Assembly: GCA_963727625.1 (NCBI GenBank)
Contig: CAVSHR010000004.1
Coordinates: 480,001-544,000 of the forward strand
Direction: 5' to 3'
From: an uncultured delta proteobacterium
GTDB taxonomy: Bacteria; Desulfobacterota; Binatia; UBA9968
Length of the DNA stretch: 64,000 bases
A program made the position numbers and the translations under genes. Of this stretch, positions 1 to 8,120 are shown piece by piece. Under the pieces are notes generated by a model. It was not told the DNA's origin. It worked only from the letters and a program-made list of their open reading frames with translations, and made no database searches. Positions within the stretch are counted from its first letter, which is position 1. Every line of letters begins with the position of its first letter.

Positions 1-383
1 GCGCTCTTGCTCAAACGAACCCGCGCCGGGTCATCCTTGGGTCCGATAATGACGAAGTCGTTGTACATCACCAGGCGCCGGTTGAGCAGCTTGCCGTCAG
101 TGACATATTTTTTCTCCAAGCTCGGGGCATGCACCAACGCCACGTCGGCATCCCCCTTTGCCGCCAATGCCAACGCTTGACCGGTGCCTACCGACACTGT
201 TTTGACGACATAACCGCTTTGCTTTTCAAACACCGGAACGAGCAAGTCGAGCAACCCGGAATCCTGCGTGCTCGTCGTGGTCGACAGAATGACGTTCCGA
301 TTAATTGATTCCGCGCCGTGCAAATCCAATCCGGGATACCCGATCAATACAAACAAAAAGGCGAGTAGCAACCAACTTCTCAT
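1..383 (-). CDS. tupA: Tungstate ABC transporter substrate-binding protein (runs off the window edge, N-terminal part only)
   Basis: Manual translation of the minus strand gives MRSWLLLAFLFV...VILSTTTSTQDSGLLDLLVPVFEKQSG...VGTGQAL...GDADVALVHAP...VMYNDFVIIGP. This has a signal peptide and the TupA TTTS motif, with GAAAGG upstream. Confidence 0.88.
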   Translation of the reverse strand, partial: MRSWLLLAFLFVLIGYPGLDLHGAESINRNVILSTTTSTQDSGLLDLLVPVFEKQSGYVVKTVSVGTGQALALAAKGDADVALVHAPSLEKKYVTDGKLLNRRLVMYNDFVIIGPKDDPARVRLSKS

Positions 384-403
384 CTTGCCCATTCCTTTCG
401 AGA

Positions 404-1324
404 TTAACTTTGTAACTGGATGATCCTTCCCGTTTCGCTCACATCGTAGCCGCCCATGTCGTCTACTCGTCGGCGGAACTCACGGGATCCGACAACAGCC
501 AACAGCGCCTGGATACGCGGCGCAAAAAAATTTTCCTTGCGTACCCATAGATCGAAGCGTTCGCGAGTCAACGGGATAAAATCGAGGCCTAACAGCTGAG
601 CCGCGGTTCGGGTGGCCAGACCGACATCCGCCTGGCCGCGAAGAATTTGTAAGCCTACATCCACGTGCGTTGACACTACCGTGGCGTAGCCGGATATTTT
701 TTGCGGTTTGATGTGCAATTTGAGCAATTCCTGATCAAGGTAGATACGCGTGCCGGAGCCTGCTTGCCGATTGATGAAGCGCACATCCCCTCGGGTGAGG
801 TCGCGGACCGCACTCAAGTTCAAGCGATTGCCGCGTACCACCACGAGACCTAATTCCCGATGAAATAGCGTGACCACCGCTGCTGTGCTTGAATATTCCT
901 TTCCGGTCGCGCTCCGTCCAGCCAGAGGACGCGCAGGGTCGAGCAGATGGGCCGTCGCGACATCGACCAGCCCCTCGTGCAGCGCTGCAAGACCCGCGCT
1001 GCTTCCGACCCTGGCCATAAAAAACGACGCCGGGCGAGTTTGCGCGTCAAAGAGTTCGTGCAAAATCCCGAGACTAGGATCGTCGCTGCCGGCGGCAAGG
1101 AGATGCGATCGACCTTCCGGCGATCTCGATCGTGCTACCATTCCGGAGGCGCTTTGCTCGATCCATTGCGCGACCAGTTTTTTTGGAAATGTCCATTTCC
1201 CGGTTACCCGCGTGCACGGGATCTTACCGGTCTTGGCGAGGAAATAGACTTTTTTCTCGTTGATGCCGAGATAGCGGGCAACCGCGCGCACAGTGAGAAA
1301 CTCAGACGCTTCTGATGTCTTCAT
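404..1324 (-). CDS. Excisionase-type HTH (HTH_17) plus periplasmic molybdate-binding-like (PBP_like) transcriptional regulator
   Basis: N-terminal LTVRAVARYLGINEKKVYFLAKTGKIPCTRVTGKWTFP; C-terminal GSDD, GSSAGL, FINRQAGSGTR, GLDFIPL and MGGYDV motifs; lies directly upstream of tupA. Confidence 0.85.
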   Translation of the reverse strand: MKTSEASEFLTVRAVARYLGINEKKVYFLAKTGKIPCTRVTGKWTFPKKLVAQWIEQSASGMVARSRSPEGRSHLLAAGSDDPSLGILHELFDAQTRPASFFMARVGSSAGLAALHEGLVDVATAHLLDPARPLAGRSATGKEYSSTAAVVTLFHRELGLVVVRGNRLNLSAVRDLTRGDVRFINRQAGSGTRIYLDQELLKLHIKPQKISGYATVVSTHVDVGLQILRGQADVGLATRTAAQLLGLDFIPLTRERFDLWVRKENFFAPRIQALLAVVGSREFRRRVDDMGGYDVSETGRIIQLQS

Positions 1325-1361
1325 TCGATTTTCGCCATATCAAAATTAGAAAGATAAGGCA

Positions 1362-1392
1362 AAATACTTACAAATACTTACAAAAATACTTA
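1362..1392. promoter_or_regulatory. Triple direct repeat AAATACTTA, candidate operator
   Basis: Exact copies at 1362-1370, 1372-1380 and 1384-1392, 38-68 nt upstream of the regulator start. Confidence 0.5.
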
Positions 1393-1450
1393 GACAAAGA
1401 AGCACAAACGGACGCGCAGCGGCCGGAATGGAGAGGATGTTGCTATGCCG

Positions 1451-3514
1451 TCAACGGGGTTGGTTGATTTCGATAACAATATTGCCGAAGCGGTCGACAT
1501 GCGCCTCTTGGCCCGGATGCACGACCGTCGTCGAATCCATCTGCTCGATGATCGCCGGACCGCTGAGCCGGTTGCCGGAGCGGAGTTTCTCACGGTCGTA
1601 GATCGGCGTTTCATGCCAGCCGTCGAAATACGCCCGGCGCCGCGCCTTGATCGCGCGATCGGCATTCGCGTCGCTCAGCGCTATCGCTGCGACGGCAGGT
1701 TTGGGAACGAGCACTTTGGTCGTCAAGCGAAAATTGACGATCTCGACCTTTTGGTCCTCGGCGCGCGAGCCGAAATGCTTTTCATGCACCTCATCGAAAG
1801 TTTTGCGCCATCCCGCCTTGGCGTCCGCCGCTAATTTGCCGCGCGCCACCGGCACCGGCAGCTCGTACTTTTGAATACTGTAGCGCAGGTCGATGGCGCG
1901 CTCGTAAACGATTTGCGCGGCGGGAACACCCTGGGATTCGAACTCCCGCTGCGCCGCCGTTTCCAGCGCTTCGAAGCGGCGCTGGATTTCTTCAACGTCA
2001 GCCGCTTCCAGCTCGGCAAAGTGCGTTTGCACGTAATCGCGCTTCAAGTCCGAGACGAGCAGGCCCATCGCCGAGTGCACCCCCGGGGAAGGTGGAACCA
2101 AAACACGGGGAATTTTGAGCTCCTGGGCCAACAGCACCGCATGCACCGGACCGGCGCCGCCGAAGGCCAGCAGCACATATTCACGCGGGTCCTCGCCGCG
2201 GGACACGGTAACCAGCCTGAGCGCTTCGACCATTTCCGAGCCAACGATTTTGATGATGCCGTTGGCCGCCTCGATGGTTTCGAGCTTGAGCGGTTCGGCG
2301 GTATGGGTCGAAATCGCCCGTGCCGCCGCCTTGGCATCGAGATGAAACTTACCGCCAACGAAAAACTCCGGATTCAACCAGCCGAGGGTCACGTCGGCGT
2401 CGGTCACCGTCGGCAACGAGCCGCCGTTCGGATAACAGGCCGGGCCGGGATCGGCGCCCGCGCTCTGCGGCCCCACTTTCAACAGGCCGCTCTTGTCGAT
2501 CCAGGCGATGCTGCCGCCGCCGGCGCCGATCTCGACCAGGTCGAGGGACGGTGTCGAGATCAGCCACTCGCCCGCTTGAAAGCGCGGTACGACGCGCGGC
2601 TCGCCATCTTGGACAATGCCGGCCTTCGCCGTGGTGCCGCCCATGTCGAATGAGATCACTCGCAGCTGATGGGTCATGCGGCCGATATGCGCCGCCCCGA
2701 GCACGCCCGCCGCCGGGCCTGATTCGATCATGCGCACGGGAATGCTGCGCAGCGCCCCGCCGGTGAGGCTGCCGCCGTTGGACTGCATGATGTAAAGCGG
2801 CTTGGTTATGCGCCGGCTCTTGAGCGCTTCCTCGAGCTGGTGAATGTAACGATTGACCACCGGCGCCACGTAGGCGTTGACCACGGTGGTCGCCAGGCGC
2901 GGATATTCGCGAATCTGCGGCAGGGTCTCAGAGGACAGGTAGACCTGCGCGTCGGGCACAACCTCGGCGACCAGCTGGCGCACGCGCTGCTCATGGGCGG
3001 GATTCATGAAGGAAAAAATCAGGCACACCGCCACCGATTCGACGCCGGAGTTTTTTAACCGCGCCAAACGCCGGCGCGTTTCCTTTTCGTCCATTTCCCG
3101 CAGCACGTTACCGCGAAAATCGATGCGCTCGGGAATTTGAATCGTATGGCGCTGCGGCACCAGCATGGGCGGCTTGGGATAGGCGAGATAGTCGTAGCTC
3201 GCGCTGCGCACCTCGCCCAACTCCGGGGTCTCGTACACGCCGGTGTAACCTTCAGTGATGATCAGCCAGGTCTCCGCGCCCTTGCGCTCGAGCAGCGCAT
3301 TGGTCGCCACCGTGGTGGCGTGAAAAAGAAAAGTGACATCCTCGGGTAAACGACCGCTGCCGAAGTATTCATCCACGGCGTTCATCACGCCCCGAGTCAG
3401 ATCCGCCGGCGTGCTTAAAACCTTGGAATTGAAAACCCTACCGTCCTGTTCGTCTAGCACGCTCAAATCAGTAAACGTGCCGCCGATATCGATACCGACT
3501 CTGTAGCGGGACAT
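1451..3514 (-). CDS. Hydantoinase/oxoprolinase family protein, A subunit
   Basis: GIDIGGTFTD, HATTVATNALLERKG, MQSNGG, ESGPAAG, FDMGGTT, EIGAGGGS, GPQSAGADPGPACY and FGGAGPVH motifs. Confidence 0.92.
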   Translation of the reverse strand: MSRYRVGIDIGGTFTDLSVLDEQDGRVFNSKVLSTPADLTRGVMNAVDEYFGSGRLPEDVTFLFHATTVATNALLERKGAETWLIITEGYTGVYETPELGEVRSASYDYLAYPKPPMLVPQRHTIQIPERIDFRGNVLREMDEKETRRRLARLKNSGVESVAVCLIFSFMNPAHEQRVRQLVAEVVPDAQVYLSSETLPQIREYPRLATTVVNAYVAPVVNRYIHQLEEALKSRRITKPLYIMQSNGGSLTGGALRSIPVRMIESGPAAGVLGAAHIGRMTHQLRVISFDMGGTTAKAGIVQDGEPRVVPRFQAGEWLISTPSLDLVEIGAGGGSIAWIDKSGLLKVGPQSAGADPGPACYPNGGSLPTVTDADVTLGWLNPEFFVGGKFHLDAKAAARAISTHTAEPLKLETIEAANGIIKIVGSEMVEALRLVTVSRGEDPREYVLLAFGGAGPVHAVLLAQELKIPRVLVPPSPGVHSAMGLLVSDLKRDYVQTHFAELEAADVEEIQRRFEALETAAQREFESQGVPAAQIVYERAIDLRYSIQKYELPVPVARGKLAADAKAGWRKTFDEVHEKHFGSRAEDQKVEIVNFRLTTKVLVPKPAVAAIALSDANADRAIKARRRAYFDGWHETPIYDREKLRSGNRLSGPAIIEQMDSTTVVHPGQEAHVDRFGNIVIEINQPR

Positions 3515-3587
3515 ATTTTTCGCTCACCTCTGCTTAGCTACATAACACAGGATGGGACAAAATAAACGAAACGAATCGGTTGTGATG

Positions 3588-3664
3588 GTTCAAGGTTCAA
3601 TCGTTCAACGTTCCGGGGCTGCAGGTCCTCCGACCTTGAACTTTTGAACCGTTGAACCTTGAAC
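3588..3664. repeat. Intergenic inverted tandem-unit hairpin (GTTCAA units versus TTGAAC units)
   Basis: gttcaaggttcaatcgttcaacgttc ... ttgaacttttgaaccgttgaaccttgaac. Confidence 0.8.
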
Positions 3665-3672
3665 AGGAAACA

Positions 3673-5118
3673 TTACGCCCAATAAGTCGTCCGATCGATG
3701 GGAATATGCTGCAAAATTTCTCCCGGCACGAAGTCTTCCAGCTTGATTCGTTTCATGGCTTCGCCGGGGCATTTCGATACCGGCGAGAACGGCCGGTCCA
3801 GCGGCTTGGTGGCGTCGACGATCATCGCGGAAGTGCGCCGCGGATGTTCCATCGAGGGATCGATAAGACTGCCGCGCATAATGTCTGGAATGATGGAAAT
3901 CTGCCGGTGCGGCTGCACTCGGGTCGCCAGGGCCCAGAGAATCTCGGTCGGATTGTAGACATCGATGTCCTCGTCGAAGACAAAAACGTTTTTCGCCCAA
4001 TCCCAGGTGAGCGCCGCCGCCGCGGCTCGCCCCGGGTCGCCTTCGGACATTTTTTTCATCGCAATAAAAACATTGAGCAGCGCGTGCCGTCCGCTGGCGC
4101 AAACCGCCTGGACTCCCGGCACCGCCTCTCGGCAGCGGCGCAGATAGGCGCCTTCGCGCGCCAGATCCATCCAGGGCTTGTCGCCTTCCGGCGTGAGAAT
4201 CGACATATGCATGGCACCGCGCCGATGGGTGATCGCGCGCACTTCGTAATGAGCCGATTGCTGATAGCCTTGCAAACCCAAATAACCGTTCACCTCGCCG
4301 AACGGTCCTTCGACCAATCGCTTGCCGGGCAGCAGCGCGCCCTCGATAACGATCTCGGCGTCCGCCGGCACCAGCAATCTCTCGCCCCAGATTTCCGACG
4401 GGACGAGCCGCAGCGGCTCCTGCATATAACCGCCGATAATATCGTACTCGCTGATCTCGAACGGCCCACCGTAACAGGCGCCCATCTGGTAAGCGGGATG
4501 ATGTCCAATCACCGTCGCCACCGGACACTCCTCGCCGGCCTCTTCGTAAACGCGAAAGATCCGCCACATATGCTGCAGCGTCATCAAAAACCCGGTGTGG
4601 TTTGGGTCTTTCACCTCCATGCGATGATAGGAGCAGTTGTAAACGCCGCTCTGCCGGTCCCTAGCGACACTGGACATGTCGATATACGGCCCGCCGTCCA
4701 TTTCATGGTGGCGCAAAAGCGGCAGCTCGTAGAGATCGACATCGTCGCCTTTACGAATAATTTCTTTCACCGGCGCGGCCTGTCTGCTCACGATCACCGG
4801 GCCAATCCTATTCGCTTCCCGGCGCAAACACTCCCGCGCCATCTCGGCGCGATCCATTTCGGGCGGCACGCCGAGCGCCGTTTGAACCTTTTTCTGCGAG
4901 TTCTCCGCGCTCATGACCAGCTTCATGTCCGTCACGTGACCATGGGCGTCGAGCGGATTTTCAAAAATGAGCACCGGAAATTTTTTCAGAGCCCCAAGCT
5001 GCTTGACGATCGCCGTGACGTCGTAGGTCAAAGGGTTTACCGTTTTTGCGATCGACACCACATCGCTCGGATATGCCCGGCGCATGTCGTTTAAAAACGT
5101 TCGTAGCGATTTCGACAT
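3673..5118 (-). CDS. UbiD family (prFMN-dependent) decarboxylase
   Basis: DGGPYI, YNCSYHRM, VPADAEIVIEG, EGPFGE, DEDIDV and WALATRVQP motifs. Start reassigned to MSKSLRTFL because the upstream extension is a translated REP. Confidence 0.9.
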   Translation of the reverse strand: MSKSLRTFLNDMRRAYPSDVVSIAKTVNPLTYDVTAIVKQLGALKKFPVLIFENPLDAHGHVTDMKLVMSAENSQKKVQTALGVPPEMDRAEMARECLRREANRIGPVIVSRQAAPVKEIIRKGDDVDLYELPLLRHHEMDGGPYIDMSSVARDRQSGVYNCSYHRMEVKDPNHTGFLMTLQHMWRIFRVYEEAGEECPVATVIGHHPAYQMGACYGGPFEISEYDIIGGYMQEPLRLVPSEIWGERLLVPADAEIVIEGALLPGKRLVEGPFGEVNGYLGLQGYQQSAHYEVRAITHRRGAMHMSILTPEGDKPWMDLAREGAYLRRCREAVPGVQAVCASGRHALLNVFIAMKKMSEGDPGRAAAAALTWDWAKNVFVFDEDIDVYNPTEILWALATRVQPHRQISIIPDIMRGSLIDPSMEHPRRTSAMIVDATKPLDRPFSPVSKCPGEAMKRIKLEDFVPGEILQHIPIDRTTYWA

Positions 5119-5136
5119 GGAATTGATTCGTCCCCA

Positions 5137-5183
5137 GGGCGATTCATGAATCGCCCCCACTACAGATTCGTAAATCGGCCTAC
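5137..5183. repeat. Two GTAG-type REP palindromes
   Basis: Perfect palindrome GGGCGATTCATGAATCGCCC at 5137-5156, preceded on the minus strand by GTAG. A second copy, GTAGGCCGATTTACGAATC, lies on the minus strand at 5183-5165, next to the RAYT. Confidence 0.75.
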
Positions 5184-5185
5184 AA

Positions 5186-5735
5186 TCAATGTTGATGTTC
5201 CGGCTCCGACACCGCCGGATTCTCCTGGTCGAATTCCCACTGCGCCGGATTATCCAGAATGTATTGTCGAATCCGGTTCAGGGATTCGTCATCCCGAATA
5301 ATATGTTCGTAGTAATTGCGCTGCCAGACGGGTATTCCCGGTGTATCGCGCAGAACGTTGAGCTGTTTTGCAGAAATCATTTTAAATCGCCCGAGGATCT
5401 TCGATAACAACATGTGGCGCCGACCTACAATACGGGTGGGTGACGATTATTCCATGCATGTGATTGGGCATGACGACGAACGCATCCAATTCAACACCTC
5501 TATAAAAGTGCGACAAACCATCCCATACGGACTGCACGATTCGCCCAGCCTCGTTCAATTCTATCTGACCATCGACAACGTTGCCGAACAAACATTCCCC
5601 CTCCCATCTGCATAGCGTGACATAATACGCCCCGGCCTGCGAATAATCGTATCCCTGCAAACGAATCGACCGACGTCTCCGTTTCTGGTCGATTGGATCC
5701 TTCGCGATTGCCGTCACGTACGCTCCGTTACACAA
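5186..5735 (-). pseudogene. REP-associated tyrosine transposase (RAYT, Y1/HUH), split across two frames
   Basis: N-half 5382-5735 has RRSIRLQGYDYSQAGAYYVT and VVMPNHMHGII (HUH). C-half 5186-5413 has ILGRFKMISAK, WQRNYYEHIIRD and YILDNP. The frame break is at about 5400-5430. Confidence 0.88.
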
Positions 5736-6031
5736 TCCGCATTCTCAATCGCGCCATTTGCTGGGCTCAGCCCCCTCGCCAGCTACGAAACCATTTTGCC
5801 AGAACCTGAATGTCGTGGCCCAGCGCGATTACGCGGGTCTCTCATACGGTTGCTACCTAACACGCGAAGAATCGTCTAAACAACACCGTCGAATCCGTCA
5901 CAAAACACTCGACACCGGGCATCGATGTAGTTCGAATTCTCCATTCTCAATTCTCATTATCGATTCCCTCCCCCTCTTGCACCCCGGCCCATGCCTGAGC
6001 TATTGCAATGGGAAGAAAAGGAGCCAGATCA

Positions 6032-7114
6032 ATGGGCATAATCGAACGAACCTATGGCAAGGAAACCAACACCGTCATCAACGAAGTTTTGATCTCGTCG
6101 GACTCGCATGTCATCGAGCCCGCGGGGCTTTGGCAGAAACAATTGCCCAAGGCTTATCAGGATCGGGCCCCCGATTTTGGCGGGCAAAGACCCAACGACA
6201 CCCCCGGCGGCGCCCAGGACAAGAACAAGCGCATCTCCGAAATGGCCGCCGACGGCGTCAGCGGCGAAGTGCTCTACCCGACCCATGGCTTGAAGTGCAT
6301 AAGCCTCGACGATCACGAGTTGGAGGTGGCCTGTTGCCGGGTCTATAACGACTGGCTCATCGACTACTGCAGCGCCGCCCCCGATCGGCTCATCGGTATC
6401 GCCATGCTGTCGATGTACGACATTGACGAAGCGGTGAAGGAGCTGGAACGCTGCCGTAAGGCCGGCATGCGCGGGTCGGTGATCTGGCAGGTGCCGCCGC
6501 CAGAGCTCCCGTTCTCCTCGTCGCACTACGACAAGTTCTGGACCGCGTCTCAAGAACTCGACATGCCGGTCAATTTGCACATCTTGAGCGGCCACGGCTA
6601 CAGCCGCAGCCGCTCCCTCGGGCAGGGAGACACCCCCACCGGCATGACCGCCGAGCACAATAGCGTCAACATGAAACTGTTCCAGTCGGTCGATAGCCTT
6701 TACGATCTAATCTATTCCGGCGTGTTGGAGCGTTTTCCCAAACTGAAGATCGTTCTGGTCGAAAACGAGCTGGGCTGGATTCCCTTTGTCCTGGAACAGT
6801 GGGACTACTACTTCAAGCGCCATGGCGCCAAGCGCGAAGGGCTGAACATAACAAAACCGCCGAGCGAATACTTCCACAAGCAGATTTTCACCACGTTCTT
6901 CAACGACGCCGTCGGCGGCCATATCCTGTCGTGGTGGGGCCAAGACAACTGCATGTGGTCAAACGATTTCCCGCACGGCAATTCGACCTGGCCCAATTCC
7001 CGTCAGGTTGTCAGCCGCGACCTGGGCAGTCTACCGGCCGACGTACGCGCCAAACTGGTGCGCGAGAACGTCGCGCGGGTTTATAACATCCCGGTGCCGA
7101 GCCCGGTGCAGTAA
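6032..7114 (+). CDS. Amidohydrolase_2 family protein
   Basis: ISSDSHVIEP, EVLYPT, YNDWL, PVNLH, ERFPKLKIVLVENELGW and MWSNDFPH motifs; AAGGAG RBS before the ATG at 6032. Confidence 0.9.
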   Translation: MGIIERTYGKETNTVINEVLISSDSHVIEPAGLWQKQLPKAYQDRAPDFGGQRPNDTPGGAQDKNKRISEMAADGVSGEVLYPTHGLKCISLDDHELEVACCRVYNDWLIDYCSAAPDRLIGIAMLSMYDIDEAVKELERCRKAGMRGSVIWQVPPPELPFSSSHYDKFWTASQELDMPVNLHILSGHGYSRSRSLGQGDTPTGMTAEHNSVNMKLFQSVDSLYDLIYSGVLERFPKLKIVLVENELGWIPFVLEQWDYYFKRHGAKREGLNITKPPSEYFHKQIFTTFFNDAVGGHILSWWGQDNCMWSNDFPHGNSTWPNSRQVVSRDLGSLPADVRAKLVRENVARVYNIPVPSPVQ

Positions 7115-7150
7115 TCGGCGGGAGCAGTTAACTCAATAGTTGTTGTCGCG

Positions 7151-7215
7151 GTTTAAGATGCTGGTGGAGAAGTGCGGCAAAACGTGCCCTTTTCCACCGA
7201 ACAGCTAGGTTGGGT
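7151..7215 (-). mobile_element. Degenerate attC-like hairpin downstream of the TA pair
   Basis: Minus strand reads ACCCAAC (RYYYAAC), CTAGCT, GTTCGGTGG...CCACCAGC, ATC, TTAAAC. The stem has an extra C at L'' position 4, but the GTT core lacks its G. Confidence 0.35.
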
Positions 7216-7423
7216 TCGTTTGAATAATTGCCGGCAGCTTGTTGAGAGTAAGCTTTTTAAGATCCACTTTTCGGCTGGCATTATCGATGTCAATGCCCAC
7301 CAAGTTCCCTTCGGCATCATAGTCAAGAACGACACCCTCCGTGATCTCTCGGCTTTCGACGCTCGGCCGCTCAGAAAGATCTATATAAAGGGAGTCTGTG
7401 TCTGCATAATAATTGAGCTTCAT
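7205..7423 (-). CDS. DUF2283 family protein (putative antitoxin)
   Basis: MKLNYYADTDSLYIDLSERPSVESREITEGVVLDYDAEGNLVGIDIDNAS is typical of DUF2283. Confidence 0.88.
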   Translation of the reverse strand: MKLNYYADTDSLYIDLSERPSVESREITEGVVLDYDAEGNLVGIDIDNASRKVDLKKLTLNKLPAIIQTNPT

Positions 7424-7662
7424 GGCTTGAACCCTCTGTCTGGAAAAGCGTTGTGAACCGTAACTTTATCATCCAACGTGACAACTCTCAGAATTTTCCC
7501 TTCAAACTCCTCGATTTTGCCCCAAAACCGATACCGGTTTTGCTCTTGCGGCTCGCTTCGCAGCGGATTTTCCAAAACCTGAATACACCACTCCTTCTTC
7601 AAATAGGGACGCTTACGCAAAACCTCGTGCTCGAAATATTCCGTGAACCCGAATTGTGGCAC
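7420..7662 (-). CDS. Putative toxin (DUF4258/RelE-like), partner of DUF2283
   Basis: 80 aa, FTEYF...RYRFWG...ILRVVTL...TVHNAFPDR; ATGA overlap with the DUF2283 gene. Confidence 0.7.
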   Translation of the reverse strand: MPQFGFTEYFEHEVLRKRPYLKKEWCIQVLENPLRSEPQEQNRYRFWGKIEEFEGKILRVVTLDDKVTVHNAFPDRGFKP

Positions 7663-7791
7663 TCCCAGAGGATAACCCGTTTCCCTTCAGATGACTAGGA
7701 TAACGAGGTCGCACCTGAGCAGCGGGGCGAAGGCCTCTCGATAAAAACTCTTCCCGCACGTATTTCTATGGGTAGGTTGTACGAGTCCTTG

Positions 7792-8007
7792 TTCGACGAC
7801 GCCGTCGGCGGTCACATCTTGTTGTGGTGGGGCGCCGACAACTGCATGTGGTCCAACGACTTCCCGCACGGCAACTCGACCTGGCCCAATTCCCGCCAGG
7901 TTGTCAGCCGCGACCTGGGCATTCTACCGGCCGACGTACGCGCTAAACTGGTGCGCGAAAACGTCGCGAAGCTTTACAATATCCCCATCCCGACGCCCGT
8001 TCAGTAA
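7792..8007 (+). pseudogene. Duplicated 3' end (72 codons) of the amidohydrolase gene
   Basis: Aligns without gaps to 6899-7114, with 27 differences in 216 nt by manual count, about half of them synonymous. Confidence 0.9.
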
Positions 8008-8014
8008 ATGCAAG

Positions 8015-8049
8015 ACAGCCGCGGTTTGTCGCCGACAAGCCGCGGCTGT
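8015..8049. terminator. GC-rich hairpin between convergent genes
   Basis: acagccgcggtttgtcg-c-cgacaagccgcggctgt inverted repeat. Confidence 0.55.
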
Positions 8050-8120
8050 TCTAAATCTCCCGGGAACAACCTTTCTGCCAAATTCATCGGCTGATCGAAC
8101 AGCCGATCGCGGCATCTAGC

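Noticed and set aside
3652-5094. Long antisense or alternative-frame ORFs (480 aa here; also 1871-2653, 21024-22356 and 51101-51895)
   Set aside because: These are shadow ORFs of well-supported genes in GC-rich DNA and contain no recognisable motifs.
6899-8007. DGR template/variable repeat pair served by the nearby RT
   Set aside because: Differences are mostly C/T and other third-position changes, not adenine-specific. The RT is Abi-P2-like, there is no avd gene, and the target is not a C-type-lectin-fold protein.
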